Sequence record: ON287370.1
Direction: 5' to 3' (one strand)
Length of the DNA: 64,000 nt
Shown: positions 49,617-58,290 of the stretch, piece after piece
Layout of the letters: every line of letters starts with the position of its first letter
Numbering within the stretch: position 1 is the first letter of the stretch
Translations under genes and position numbers: made by a program
Notes under the pieces: model-generated
Told to the model about the DNA's origin: nothing
Database searches by the model: none
Seen by the model: the letters and a program-made list of their open reading frames with translations, nothing else

Positions 49617-50498
49617 ATGTCAGAAATGATCGATCTTACCAACGTAGATTTAGGTGTGGAAAATCTTGGTGAGATGTGGCAGGACTTTATTGCTCGCTGC
49701 ACACCTGAACACGCTACACAATACAACCAGGCGTATAATTTAATTGCAATCAGTTTTCCTGAAAGCTTTATCGATAATACGATTACTCATATCCTAGTGG
49801 ATGAATCTATCGGTACGGCAGACATGATGGCACATATTCGTATCCTCTTTATTGATACGATCATCGATGCCTTGCAGATAATGGGAATCATCATTGATAA
49901 AGACTGGATTGATCCAAACTCTTTACCTGAGTTGATCGTAGTATTGGATACCATCTTCATGGTTGACGGTATGACCGACCTTATTGGTCTGTATGATACT
50001 CTTAACGATGAAGAAGCTGATCCTAAAGAACGTTTCATTCGTGTAGTAAGAATGACTCAACCTCAGTTCGATATGGAGAACATGGAATACCACATCAAAG
50101 AAGTTTCCACTAACGTTATTCGTGGTATCTTGATTGGTATTAATGTTATCGAGCAGGATGATGAAACTTGGGTTGATCCATGGTTACAGAAACGCATTAA
50201 AGCTAATGCTGAGTTATTGAAAGGAACTATGGGTGGGGAACACATCATTAATGGTGGTGGGGTGGGTCAAGACTTTGACGGATACCATAAGTTATTTACC
50301 AACCAATTGGCTAAAGCTTTAGTAGATGATGACGCTACTGTTTATCTCACTAATGTCCTGAGCCTGATGTTGATTTCCTATATGACCGATGAAGATATCA
50401 CTGGTCAGTTTAGTGCTTTGGTAGAAGAACATTGTAATACTATCGAAGAAGCCTATAAAGGAACAAGCATTTTGAATAAGGTTAAACTCGATGCATAA
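49617..50498 (+). CDS. Conserved hypothetical/virion protein (phiKZ gp79 position)
   Basis: Acidic helical ORF coupled to the vRNAP beta'-M gene; ATG 49617 with TAGGT RBS. Confidence 0.6.
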   Translation: MSEMIDLTNVDLGVENLGEMWQDFIARCTPEHATQYNQAYNLIAISFPESFIDNTITHILVDESIGTADMMAHIRILFIDTIIDALQIMGIIIDKDWIDPNSLPELIVVLDTIFMVDGMTDLIGLYDTLNDEEADPKERFIRVVRMTQPQFDMENMEYHIKEVSTNVIRGILIGINVIEQDDETWVDPWLQKRIKANAELLKGTMGGEHIINGGGVGQDFDGYHKLFTNQLAKALVDDDATVYLTNVLSLMLISYMTDEDITGQFSALVEEHCNTIEEAYKGTSILNKVKLDA

Positions 50499-51798
50499 AT
50501 TAGATTATCTCTTCATGGCTTTCAGGAATCGTGCTTACATCCGTAAGTCATTCTTGATGTCTATCTTTAGTTTGGTCCATGATGATCCTGCAAACCGCAA
50601 GATGTTGGAGGATGTACCGTATGCTGCCATTCGCGATGATGAAACTAAAACTGTATACTTCCTTGATGAGAATCGTCAGAAAGTTACAATCGAAGGAGGC
50701 AATTATGCACTGCCACTTTTCGATAAGAATGAAAAGATTACAGTTGACACTGAAGCCCATGGTTTTATCACTGAGAAAATGGAAACTACGATAGGTATCT
50801 TTTTAACCAATATCGTAGTACTGTTTGAATCTTTCCAGAATCGTACTAATTACTTTAATGGTAAGATTGCAGGTGGGACCATCCAAGGTATTATTGATGG
50901 ACTGATGGTTGATAACCCAGAACCAGGTCAAGAAGTTCCTGAAGGTAAAGCATCTGTAGACGACTGCCTGAAAGTGACTAAGCAGCTTGATTACTTGGAA
51001 GGCATGAACCAAGTATTCGTTAAAGCATCATCCATAGACGTCCTGACAGTTCACCCAGAGGTTTTAAAACTCAGAGATGAACTACTCAAGCAACTGGAAG
51101 ATGAAGGCAAGCTAGACGATCCTACAGCCGTTGCTGTGGCCATCGATAAAGTAATTGCCCTTGATGCTAAGATCCAGTACTCCGGCCCATCTAAAGACTT
51201 CTTCATTAACGGTAAATTTATCGATAACGCCCGTAAGAAGATGTTCATTATCTTTGATATGGTACCTGACTTCAACACCGGTAAATATAACTTACTCCGT
51301 AAGTCACTGGATGAAGGTTGGGATCCTAATCATTATCCTGAATATATCAACACCGCTATTTCTGCTTCCTTTGACCGTGGTAACGCAACAGGTGAAGGTG
51401 GTGCTGAGGTTAAGGTTGCCATCCTGTTAACTAACCGTATCAGGGTAGCTGGTGAAGATTGTAAAACACCAAGAACTGAAACTGTTAAGTTGAATAAACA
51501 TAACTTTAAAGGTTGGATTGGTGGATTCTACATGGATGGTGGAGTTCCTAAGAAACTGTCTAAGTCTGATTCCGATATGATTGGTAAAACTGTGGAAATG
51601 CGTGTTCCTCAGTACTGCACTCAACCAGAAGATAACCTTTGCCATGTTTGTTGTGGTGAGAAACTGGGTAAGATAGAAAACCGTGTTTCAGCTGAAGCTG
51701 TTTACATCTTTACACAGTTTATGTTAACTCGTATGAAGGCAATGCATGTTTCTCAACTACGTACAATATCTATGACAATGGATCAAATTTTAAGATAG
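50491..51798 (+). CDS. rpoC: Virion RNA polymerase beta'-like subunit, middle part (phiKZ gp80-like)
   Basis: SL.EGWD...SFDRG..T..GG..VK bridge-helix-like region, DC.T, C...LC..CCG Zn site and FMLTRMKAMH trigger-loop-like end. Confidence 0.85.
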   Translation: MHKLDYLFMAFRNRAYIRKSFLMSIFSLVHDDPANRKMLEDVPYAAIRDDETKTVYFLDENRQKVTIEGGNYALPLFDKNEKITVDTEAHGFITEKMETTIGIFLTNIVVLFESFQNRTNYFNGKIAGGTIQGIIDGLMVDNPEPGQEVPEGKASVDDCLKVTKQLDYLEGMNQVFVKASSIDVLTVHPEVLKLRDELLKQLEDEGKLDDPTAVAVAIDKVIALDAKIQYSGPSKDFFINGKFIDNARKKMFIIFDMVPDFNTGKYNLLRKSLDEGWDPNHYPEYINTAISASFDRGNATGEGGAEVKVAILLTNRIRVAGEDCKTPRTETVKLNKHNFKGWIGGFYMDGGVPKKLSKSDSDMIGKTVEMRVPQYCTQPEDNLCHVCCGEKLGKIENRVSAEAVYIFTQFMLTRMKAMHVSQLRTISMTMDQILR

Positions 51799-51806
51799 CA
51801 TAACAG

Positions 51807-51835
51807 ACCTCTACTCCCATCACGGGAGTAGAGGT
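51807..51835. terminator. Bidirectional terminator hairpin
   Basis: 12-bp stem ACCTCTACTCCC-ATCAC-GGGAGTAGAGGT between convergent genes. Confidence 0.85.
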
Positions 51836-51840
51836 TATGT

Positions 51841-52905
51841 TTACTTACCAAATAGTGTAACTCTTTGTTCTTCAGTTATTCCTCTAGGTAATGTCTCTGC
51901 CTTTCTTAAATCAACATACTCCCAAACACATCCGCTTCTAACTATTGATGGATCTTTGGTGGCCCTGCTCACATGGGCTTGCTGGAAACCATACTTAGTT
52001 AGTTCTTTACCACCGTAGCATACGAACTTATCACCTTGGTGTTTTCCAGGAATTACTATAGTCCCCATAACTGGTTTGGTCGTGGATAGTAAAGTTACAC
52101 CATCATTAACCATTCTATCAAGTAATTGAGGTGGTATTGTGTTTGTATACGTGGCAGCTTCTTCCCTGGTTATATATGACCATGAACATCCATATGTAGT
52201 TTTAGCTTTACCTGACACTGTCTGTTGAATGGATGCTGGATCTAAACCAAGATTCTTTATAGCGGTTCTACCATAAATAACAAACTGTGTTCCCTTCCAC
52301 ATGCTATCTACTACGACTGTTCCAAGTACTGGTTTAGTATTTGGATCATCAATTCCAGACTTAACTAATCCAGTATCTATTGCATGTTGTCTATTTTCAG
52401 ATTGGGTACTCCATTCTAGATTACCGAAATGAGGGCATAATTTATTACCATCTTTATGGTTAACCTGAAGTTTAGAGTAAGGTATATCTTTATGCGATTC
52501 CTTTTTACTTATAAAGGTAGAAGCAACAGCACGATGAATGTAGATATTTTTAAATGCTTCCTTTTCATCGTCATATATATGCGTCATCAGGTAATTAGCA
52601 GAATGAGTTCCGGTAGTGACGTGAACTTCATTTTCTTCTGGCATCCGCCAGGCTATCTCACCTCTAGATGAAACCATGATATATGGTTGATAGAGTTCCC
52701 CTTCTTTTAGATCACTATCTCTAGTCGTTCTATAGTAATTTAAATAATCCCAGCAGTAATAGCGAGGGTTTTTCAATAGTTGTTCTTTGATATGTTCTTC
52801 TCTGGCTCTTACTTTTTCTTCTTCACTTAAATCATCTACTCCCAATACAGATTGAATTGGAGTGAACATATCGAAATTTGTATCTTTATAAATCAGTATG
52901 GTCAT
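51841..52905 (-). CDS. Free-standing HNH homing endonuclease with two C-terminal DNA-binding-type repeats
   Basis: YIHRAVA.TF...QVNHKDGNK...NLEWST.SEN..HA HNH_3 signature; two KPV.GT.V...Y.C.W.Y repeats (NUMOD1-like). Confidence 0.85.
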   Translation of the reverse strand: MTILIYKDTNFDMFTPIQSVLGVDDLSEEEKVRAREEHIKEQLLKNPRYYCWDYLNYYRTTRDSDLKEGELYQPYIMVSSRGEIAWRMPEENEVHVTTGTHSANYLMTHIYDDEKEAFKNIYIHRAVASTFISKKESHKDIPYSKLQVNHKDGNKLCPHFGNLEWSTQSENRQHAIDTGLVKSGIDDPNTKPVLGTVVVDSMWKGTQFVIYGRTAIKNLGLDPASIQQTVSGKAKTTYGCSWSYITREEAATYTNTIPPQLLDRMVNDGVTLLSTTKPVMGTIVIPGKHQGDKFVCYGGKELTKYGFQQAHVSRATKDPSIVRSGCVWEYVDLRKAETLPRGITEEQRVTLFGK

Positions 52906-53022
52906 TATGCTTCCTATTTGTTAATATTTCATTATTAGTCATTTTATCTAACACATAGTATTAAAATACTCTTCGTAGTAAAAAGATATGCATAGCCTTC
53001 ATACTAACTTAATATGTGTAAG

Positions 53023-53049
53023 CGCATATTAATAATATAGGTCTGAAAC
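53023..53049 (-). promoter_or_regulatory. Putative early promoter upstream of the HNH gene
   Basis: GTTTCAGACCTATATTATTAATATGCG on the minus strand. Confidence 0.55.
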
Positions 53050-53072
53050 AAAATAAAAGAAAGCATATAAAT

Positions 53073-53100
53073 CCTACTCACCCAATTAAGGGTGAGTAGG
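53073..53100 (-). terminator. Terminator hairpin
   Basis: CCTACTCACCC-AATTAA-GGGTGAGTAGG, perfect 11-bp stem. Confidence 0.85.
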
Positions 53101-53106
53101 TATGTG

Positions 53107-53556
53107 TTATTTACCGATTGCTAGTAGCAGAGTGTTGTGCAGGTTATCAGTTTTAACTGGGTAAATTACTTTACCAACGCTATAGTAATGAACGTGAATT
53201 TCAACAACCGATTTAGTTTGAGCAGTATCTGCAGAGATCATCAAATAAGCTCGTCGGACACCAGCTCGTTCAGGATTCAGTTCAATAGCTACTGCATCCA
53301 GACCTTCTACGATCTCTGAAATGAATGGAGTGTCTTCACATTCAACAATCTGATTGATTGCTGCATAAACCAGATTAACATCGGCTACTTTGCTTACCAG
53401 GTAATGATCAAACAAGTTACCTACATCTGAATGATGACACAGGTTCTTGAAATCATGAATGAATTGTTTCTTAACATCTTTCATGATGTCCAGTTTCAAC
53501 AGATCACGGAAGGATTGCTCTGCACGGTTGATAGCTACTTTATTGAATTTGTTCAT
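53107..53556 (-). CDS. Hypothetical protein, paralog A
   Basis: 149 aa; AAGGA RBS; clearly related to 53701..54156. Confidence 0.7.
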   Translation of the reverse strand: MNKFNKVAINRAEQSFRDLLKLDIMKDVKKQFIHDFKNLCHHSDVGNLFDHYLVSKVADVNLVYAAINQIVECEDTPFISEIVEGLDAVAIELNPERAGVRRAYLMISADTAQTKSVVEIHVHYYSVGKVIYPVKTDNLHNTLLLAIGK

Positions 53557-53700
53557 TTCTATATTTCCTTGTTTAATTAGTTTACTTAAAAGAGAATAAC
53601 CTAAGAGGATGTCACTATCGTTCCACTTATGTTTATATAACTTTCCTTCGGAATTAACCCCCTACCCCCAATATATAAGAAATAGAGTATAATAAAAATA

Positions 53701-54156
53701 TTAACCTAAAGCAATAATTAAAGCTTCTTTAAGTTTATTGTTAGGTACTTTATAGACTGACTTAATCCCAGTCTTGAAATGAACATGGATTTCGATATCG
53801 AACTTATCCTGTTCTTTATCAGCAGACATTGCCAGGAAAGCTTTATCAGCATTTAAACGGTCTGTCTTCAGTTCAATGACAATCCCGTCCATAAGAGTAA
53901 AGACTTCATCTTCCTCGTCCCAGGACATGGAGATCTTACAAATAGGATCGCAACCAACGATATCTTTAACCAGTCTTACTTTGCCGTCTGGTTTAATAAA
54001 CTGGTTAGCGAACAAGTTACCCAGGGACGAGTGGTAACACATGTTCTTGAAGTTGTGGATAAAGTCTTGTTTAAGATCTTTAAAGAACGGTTGAGTAACC
54101 AGTTGGCGGAAAGATAGTTCGGCTTCGTTATGTACTGGTTTGTTAAATTTGAACAT
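53701..54156 (-). CDS. Hypothetical protein, paralog B
   Basis: 151 aa; shares KFNK...AE.SFR.L...KD.K..FIH.FKN.C.HS..GNLF with paralog A. Confidence 0.7.
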   Translation of the reverse strand: MFKFNKPVHNEAELSFRQLVTQPFFKDLKQDFIHNFKNMCYHSSLGNLFANQFIKPDGKVRLVKDIVGCDPICKISMSWDEEDEVFTLMDGIVIELKTDRLNADKAFLAMSADKEQDKFDIEIHVHFKTGIKSVYKVPNNKLKEALIIALG

Positions 54157-54189
54157 TAGGATGACCTGTAGAAAAAGTAAACATACAAC

Positions 54190-54216
54190 CCTTACCCTCC
54201 ACTAGGAAGGGTAAGG
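54190..54216 (-). terminator. Terminator hairpin
   Basis: CCTTACCCTCC-ACTA-GGAAGGGTAAGG. Confidence 0.75.
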
Positions 54217-54222
54217 AGTTGA

Positions 54223-54783
54223 TTAGGAAAGCATAGCTGCGATAGTTACTGACAGGATTTCAATGTTGGTATTGTAGTTATAGGTATACAACTCAATACG
54301 ACTAAAGAATTCCATTTCACCATGAAGGGTGATGACGTCTTGGTTAAACTTGTCAGCTGCAATAGCGTTGCTGATATGAGCTACAATGCCACGGAACATT
54401 TCTTCCATGCGTTGATACTCTTCAGTGTTTTCATAGTCGTCAGGGATCGTCCAGGCCGTTGCACAACCATCTGGAACCAGAGCTGCAGCTTCGGCTGTCA
54501 TCTGGTGGCAATACAGAGCATAGGCGACTTCACCAACGATTTGAGTTTCGTGGTCTTGTTGCAGTTCTTCCGGAGTCTGTTCTGGTTCAGCTTCTTCGCC
54601 TTCCAGTTTAACCGTCTGAAGAACACCAGATGGACGACCAAAGATAATGTTCAGTGCGCCTTCCAGAGCGATATGGGATTGCTCAGGAGTAAACGTTTCA
54701 AACAGATCAGCCAGCTCGCTAATCTTGAATTTATAAGTAACCATGTTCTCAGTGATGCCGCTAGCATTGGTAGCTTGTAACAT
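54223..54783 (-). CDS. Acidic hypothetical protein
   Basis: ATG 54783 with GGAG RBS; E/D-rich. Confidence 0.6.
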   Translation of the reverse strand: MLQATNASGITENMVTYKFKISELADLFETFTPEQSHIALEGALNIIFGRPSGVLQTVKLEGEEAEPEQTPEELQQDHETQIVGEVAYALYCHQMTAEAAALVPDGCATAWTIPDDYENTEEYQRMEEMFRGIVAHISNAIAADKFNQDVITLHGEMEFFSRIELYTYNYNTNIEILSVTIAAMLS

Positions 54784-54802
54784 TTGTAAATCTCCAGATA
54801 AA

Positions 54803-55198
54803 TTAATTTGATTGATCGATGGGATCGTTAAAGGCATGAGCATCGGCATAGACGTATAACTTGCTAAACCGATGTCTAAGTTCATATTCATATTTAAGGA
54901 AACACTCCCCACTGAGGAACAAAGAACGATAAGCTAACTCAGAAGATATATCGGCTACTCGTTTCTCAATTTCAGCAATGATGGTTTCCACAACAGGTCG
55001 ATCTAACGGATCTAACACCTGCAAGAGATAATCAAACATACGTCCCCTTATTTCAAAAGGATCAGTAGGTCCAAGCATGAGCTTCTCGCCTAATATAAAG
55101 ACGATGATTTCTTGCAGAAATGTTTGATTGGTATAAATCGCACTATTGACTCTTTGATTAGCAAACGTTAAAGAGACGATATCTAAGAAGTTGCTCAC
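54803..55198 (-). CDS. Hypothetical protein
   Basis: GTG start with GGGAG RBS; operon after the helicase. Confidence 0.55.
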   Translation of the reverse strand: MSNFLDIVSLTFANQRVNSAIYTNQTFLQEIIVFILGEKLMLGPTDPFEIRGRMFDYLLQVLDPLDRPVVETIIAEIEKRVADISSELAYRSLFLSGECFLKYEYELRHRFSKLYVYADAHAFNDPIDQSN

Positions 55199-55559
55199 CT
55201 TCTGGATTCTCCCTTACATACATCTTAATTATTCCTGGATACTCCATCATCATGATATCTTCGACACCATTGACTTGGTTAGCCAGGGATTTTAAATCTT
55301 CACTCTGTGCTGCTAAGACAGTTGAGAGAGCATTGCTCGCTGCCTGATAAACTCTTTCAAACCGAAGGTCATCAATAACCAGATCGCTACAATGGTCACC
55401 CATAGTTAGCTTTGCTTCTTCCATGACTAAGAAGTCTTCGAACTCAGTTCCCAACTTCTTATGACTATCAAACATAACCATAATGCCAGCACCAACTACT
55501 TGCAGGACATCTGTATCGATGATACCAGGCAGTCTGATATTGATACTTATTAATTCCAT
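55158..55559 (-). CDS. Hypothetical protein
   Basis: ATG 55559 (GGTGAG RBS) or 55583; operon after the helicase. Confidence 0.55.
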   Translation of the reverse strand: MELISINIRLPGIIDTDVLQVVGAGIMVMFDSHKKLGTEFEDFLVMEEAKLTMGDHCSDLVIDDLRFERVYQAASNALSTVLAAQSEDLKSLANQVNGVEDIMMMEYPGIIKMYVRENPEGEQLLRYRLFNVC

Positions 55560-55620
55560 ACTCACCGCCATTGCTATTAACATAGGACTCCAGGGACTCA
55601 AAGTCCCCAGAGCCTAGTTA

Positions 55621-57165
55621 TTAAATACGTGAACCTGAGTCAATCAGCGTGAACTTCTTCATCTTCTTATCAAAGATGGTTCTACGTTTACGGTGATAGT
55701 CTACCTGCTTAGGAATGTCTGGACAAACGAAGTACAGGAATATTGGATCCAAATCTGGCCACCATTTATCAATTGGTCGAGTACGTCCAACCATCTGATC
55801 GTTACGCTGTGAAGAACTCACAGAGATAGGGCTAAACACGATATAGAGCTGAGGAATATCTTTACCGGTACCACAAGACCCTGGAGTTGTAATAACTACC
55901 TGGTGTTCCCTGTACGCGGTTTTAGTTTCCTTCTTACTACTTTGCTCACCTGTAAATACTATCGCATCTAAATCTGGATAATCCTGTTTAAGTCGTTTAA
56001 GGAACAGATCGCACATTTCGATTGTTGCAAAGAACCACATGGCCTTTTGCCCTTCTCGATACGTATCCATGTAATAAATGTCGAATGCCTCTTTGAGCAT
56101 TTTGTAATACTCTTCGAAGACAAAGCTCCTTTTCATTATCCCCTGTTCAAACTTGACATGAGAATAACCACCAAACCCTTTAGCATTGATTCGGTATTTG
56201 TTTACATCCATCCGGTGGCTATAAGCGATAACATGAATATACTTGGTATATTCAGGAGGTCGCAGATAACAGTGAGCTGGGAAGATCTGACCATAGATAG
56301 AGTTTATGAAGTCATCATCACCTTTCAAGGTTGCCGACAACGCCATCGTCTTCTGATGGTTCCCAAACATCAATGACATATAAACCGAATAAATCGATTC
56401 GTGTGCTTCGTCAATGATTCTCACACCACAACGCATGTCGTGGAATACCTCGTCCAATCCAGGAAGAGATGGATCCTCTTTCATACGTTTTATATAGACG
56501 TCTATTTTAGTTAATGGCAGAATAATGATTGATGGATTAATTAACCCGTCTTTCATTACTTGGTGTAGCTTCTCAACGCCAAATGTATCAGCCACTAAAA
56601 TATCCGTTGGATGGATATCTAAGAATTCCCCAAATGCTTTAATCCAGATATCTACATATCTTGGCAGTACCGTGATCAATACACGTTTACCTAACTGTAC
56701 AGCAGTCCATATCGCACAGAAAGTTTTACCCTGCCCAGTACCCATGTTATTAACAACTAACGGTTTGGGTCCACCCATGAATGCTGTATATTCTTCCTGC
56801 ATTTCATTTCGTGGTTTGATATTAGGATCTTTCAGTTTCAAGTTAGCCGGAGCTGCGTCGATAACTGTTTCATCTATTACCTGGATTCGAGACTTACTAT
56901 ACCCATGTTCTTCCATGAACTTAATGAGATCTTGAAGTTTCTCAGCATTAAACCTTAACTCGGTCTTGTCTTCATTGAACCTGGCAAATACATGACTCAC
57001 TTCCTTTTTGAATGCATTAGGTCCACCACCGGGTATGGGGACCTTCTGAACCCTATAAAAGTTACGAGCACAAAAAGGACGAAGTATTTGCTGCACGAGT
57101 TCAGGTTTAAAGTCAGTCAAACGAACATATGTGCTCGCTTTATAGATCACAACTGTTCTACGCAT
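55621..57165 (-). CDS. SF2 DEAH-box helicase (phiKZ gp75 / UvsW-like)
   Basis: Motif I GTGQGKT, II IIDEAH, III SAT, V GTGKDIP, VI QMVGRTR. Confidence 0.9.
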   Translation of the reverse strand: MRRTVVIYKASTYVRLTDFKPELVQQILRPFCARNFYRVQKVPIPGGGPNAFKKEVSHVFARFNEDKTELRFNAEKLQDLIKFMEEHGYSKSRIQVIDETVIDAAPANLKLKDPNIKPRNEMQEEYTAFMGGPKPLVVNNMGTGQGKTFCAIWTAVQLGKRVLITVLPRYVDIWIKAFGEFLDIHPTDILVADTFGVEKLHQVMKDGLINPSIIILPLTKIDVYIKRMKEDPSLPGLDEVFHDMRCGVRIIDEAHESIYSVYMSLMFGNHQKTMALSATLKGDDDFINSIYGQIFPAHCYLRPPEYTKYIHVIAYSHRMDVNKYRINAKGFGGYSHVKFEQGIMKRSFVFEEYYKMLKEAFDIYYMDTYREGQKAMWFFATIEMCDLFLKRLKQDYPDLDAIVFTGEQSSKKETKTAYREHQVVITTPGSCGTGKDIPQLYIVFSPISVSSSQRNDQMVGRTRPIDKWWPDLDPIFLYFVCPDIPKQVDYHRKRRTIFDKKMKKFTLIDSGSRI

Positions 57166-57186
57166 AACTCAACCCTTCTTCAACTA

Positions 57187-57357
57187 TTAGAGCACCAACC
57201 CTTTACCCGTGAGGGTTATAGCACAAAATATGGTTTTCTCTAATATATTGACCTCGTAGTATTTATAAATACCTCCTCCTTTTGGTACATTAAAAGGGAG
57301 ACCTAAGCCTCCCACCTTTATATCAGAATACGACAAACTCGCATTCTTTCCAGCCAT
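57187..57357 (-). CDS. Small hypothetical protein
   Basis: ATG 57357 with AAGG upstream; short, overlaps its neighbour. Confidence 0.35.
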   Translation of the reverse strand: MAGKNASLSYSDIKVGGLGLPFNVPKGGGIYKYYEVNILEKTIFCAITLTGKGLVL

Positions 57358-57592
57358 AACCTTGGCCTTTAATGGCTTTGTCTTCTGGAACAAATTTCAG
57401 TGTCAACAACATACCGTCATAATTGTAATTGACATTTGCAGCGGAACTCCAACCATATTCACCAGGGTAAGTTGGTTTGTTATAAGAACGACGTTCACCG
57501 TCATCCAAAGTGACACTTGCCAAATAACCGTGGGTAAACTTGGAATCACCAACGACAGTGGTTTCACCATTCACAATTTTAATGACTTGCAT
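57323..57592 (-). CDS. Small hypothetical early protein
   Basis: 89 aa; TAGGAG RBS; promoter motif directly upstream. Confidence 0.6.
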   Translation of the reverse strand: MQVIKIVNGETTVVGDSKFTHGYLASVTLDDGERRSYNKPTYPGEYGWSSAANVNYNYDGMLLTLKFVPEDKAIKGQGYGWKECEFVVF

Positions 57593-57598
57593 GCGTAA

Positions 57599-57625
57599 CT
57601 CCTATAGATAATATATACTTAAAAA
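57599..57625 (-). promoter_or_regulatory. Putative early promoter
   Basis: TTTTTAAGTATATATTATCTATAGGAG on the minus strand, running into the RBS. Confidence 0.6.
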
Positions 57626-57628
57626 TTA

Positions 57629-57660
57629 TTACCCACCCTCCAATTAAGGAAGGTGAGTAA
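57629..57660 (-). terminator. Terminator hairpin
   Basis: TTACCCACCCTCC-AATTAA-GGAAGGTGAGTAA. Confidence 0.7.
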
Positions 57661-57664
57661 CAGT

Positions 57665-57895
57665 TTATTTACTGAACTGATGGACAACCATACCGTTTGG
57701 TGTTTTAATCGTCCCTAAATAGTTTTCCATTTTCAAACGGAAATAGAAACCTTGATCTTCTTTCAGATCGGAAGCTACAGATGTTTCACCTATAGCCAGA
57801 ATACGACGGGTACATGGAGCTTTCTTACAACCGCCTTCATTAGAGTCTACTTTAAAGTATTCCCCAGGTTTCATGTCTTGCAGTTTGGTAATCAT
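57665..57895 (-). CDS. Small hypothetical protein
   Basis: 76 aa; GAAGG RBS; KLQDMKPGEYF SH3/KOW-like start. Confidence 0.55.
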   Translation of the reverse strand: MITKLQDMKPGEYFKVDSNEGGCKKAPCTRRILAIGETSVASDLKEDQGFYFRLKMENYLGTIKTPNGMVVHQFSK

Positions 57896-57949
57896 GGTAA
57901 TGCCTTCATTGTGTATGATAAATGTTTATCATACTATAAAGGTTTCACC

Positions 57950-58252
57950 TTACCGGATTTCTACAGTTACCGAATCGACATTACCTTTGGTGATTTTCAG
58001 CAGCTTAGAACTATCGTCATATTCACCCTGTACTGTGATACCGTTCCACTGAAGATTCAGTAAACGGATTGTATTCTGATGGAGGTTACTTGGGATGCTG
58101 CCAGTACCAGGCCAGTATTCAGTAACGTGTACTTTATCACCCTTAACTACTTTACTAACACGCAGTTTAGGGAAGGATGCAAATGCACCACGATCAGGGA
58201 TCTTTACTTCTTCCCCGACTTTCAGTTCGATCAGGATAGGTTCAGTTGACAT
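57950..58252 (-). CDS. Small hypothetical beta-rich protein
   Basis: 100 aa; AAGGA RBS; ELKVGEEVKI start. Confidence 0.6.
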   Translation of the reverse strand: MSTEPILIELKVGEEVKIPDRGAFASFPKLRVSKVVKGDKVHVTEYWPGTGSIPSNLHQNTIRLLNLQWNGITVQGEYDDSSKLLKITKGNVDSVTVEIR

Positions 58253-58290
58253 ATTAGTTCCTTATAAAGGACGTCCTTGTCCGATGTTGA

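Noticed and set aside
51799-53100. HNH gene as part of a group I intron
   Set aside because: It is antisense to a complete upstream RNAP gene, has its own promoter motif and terminators, and no split host ORF flanks it.
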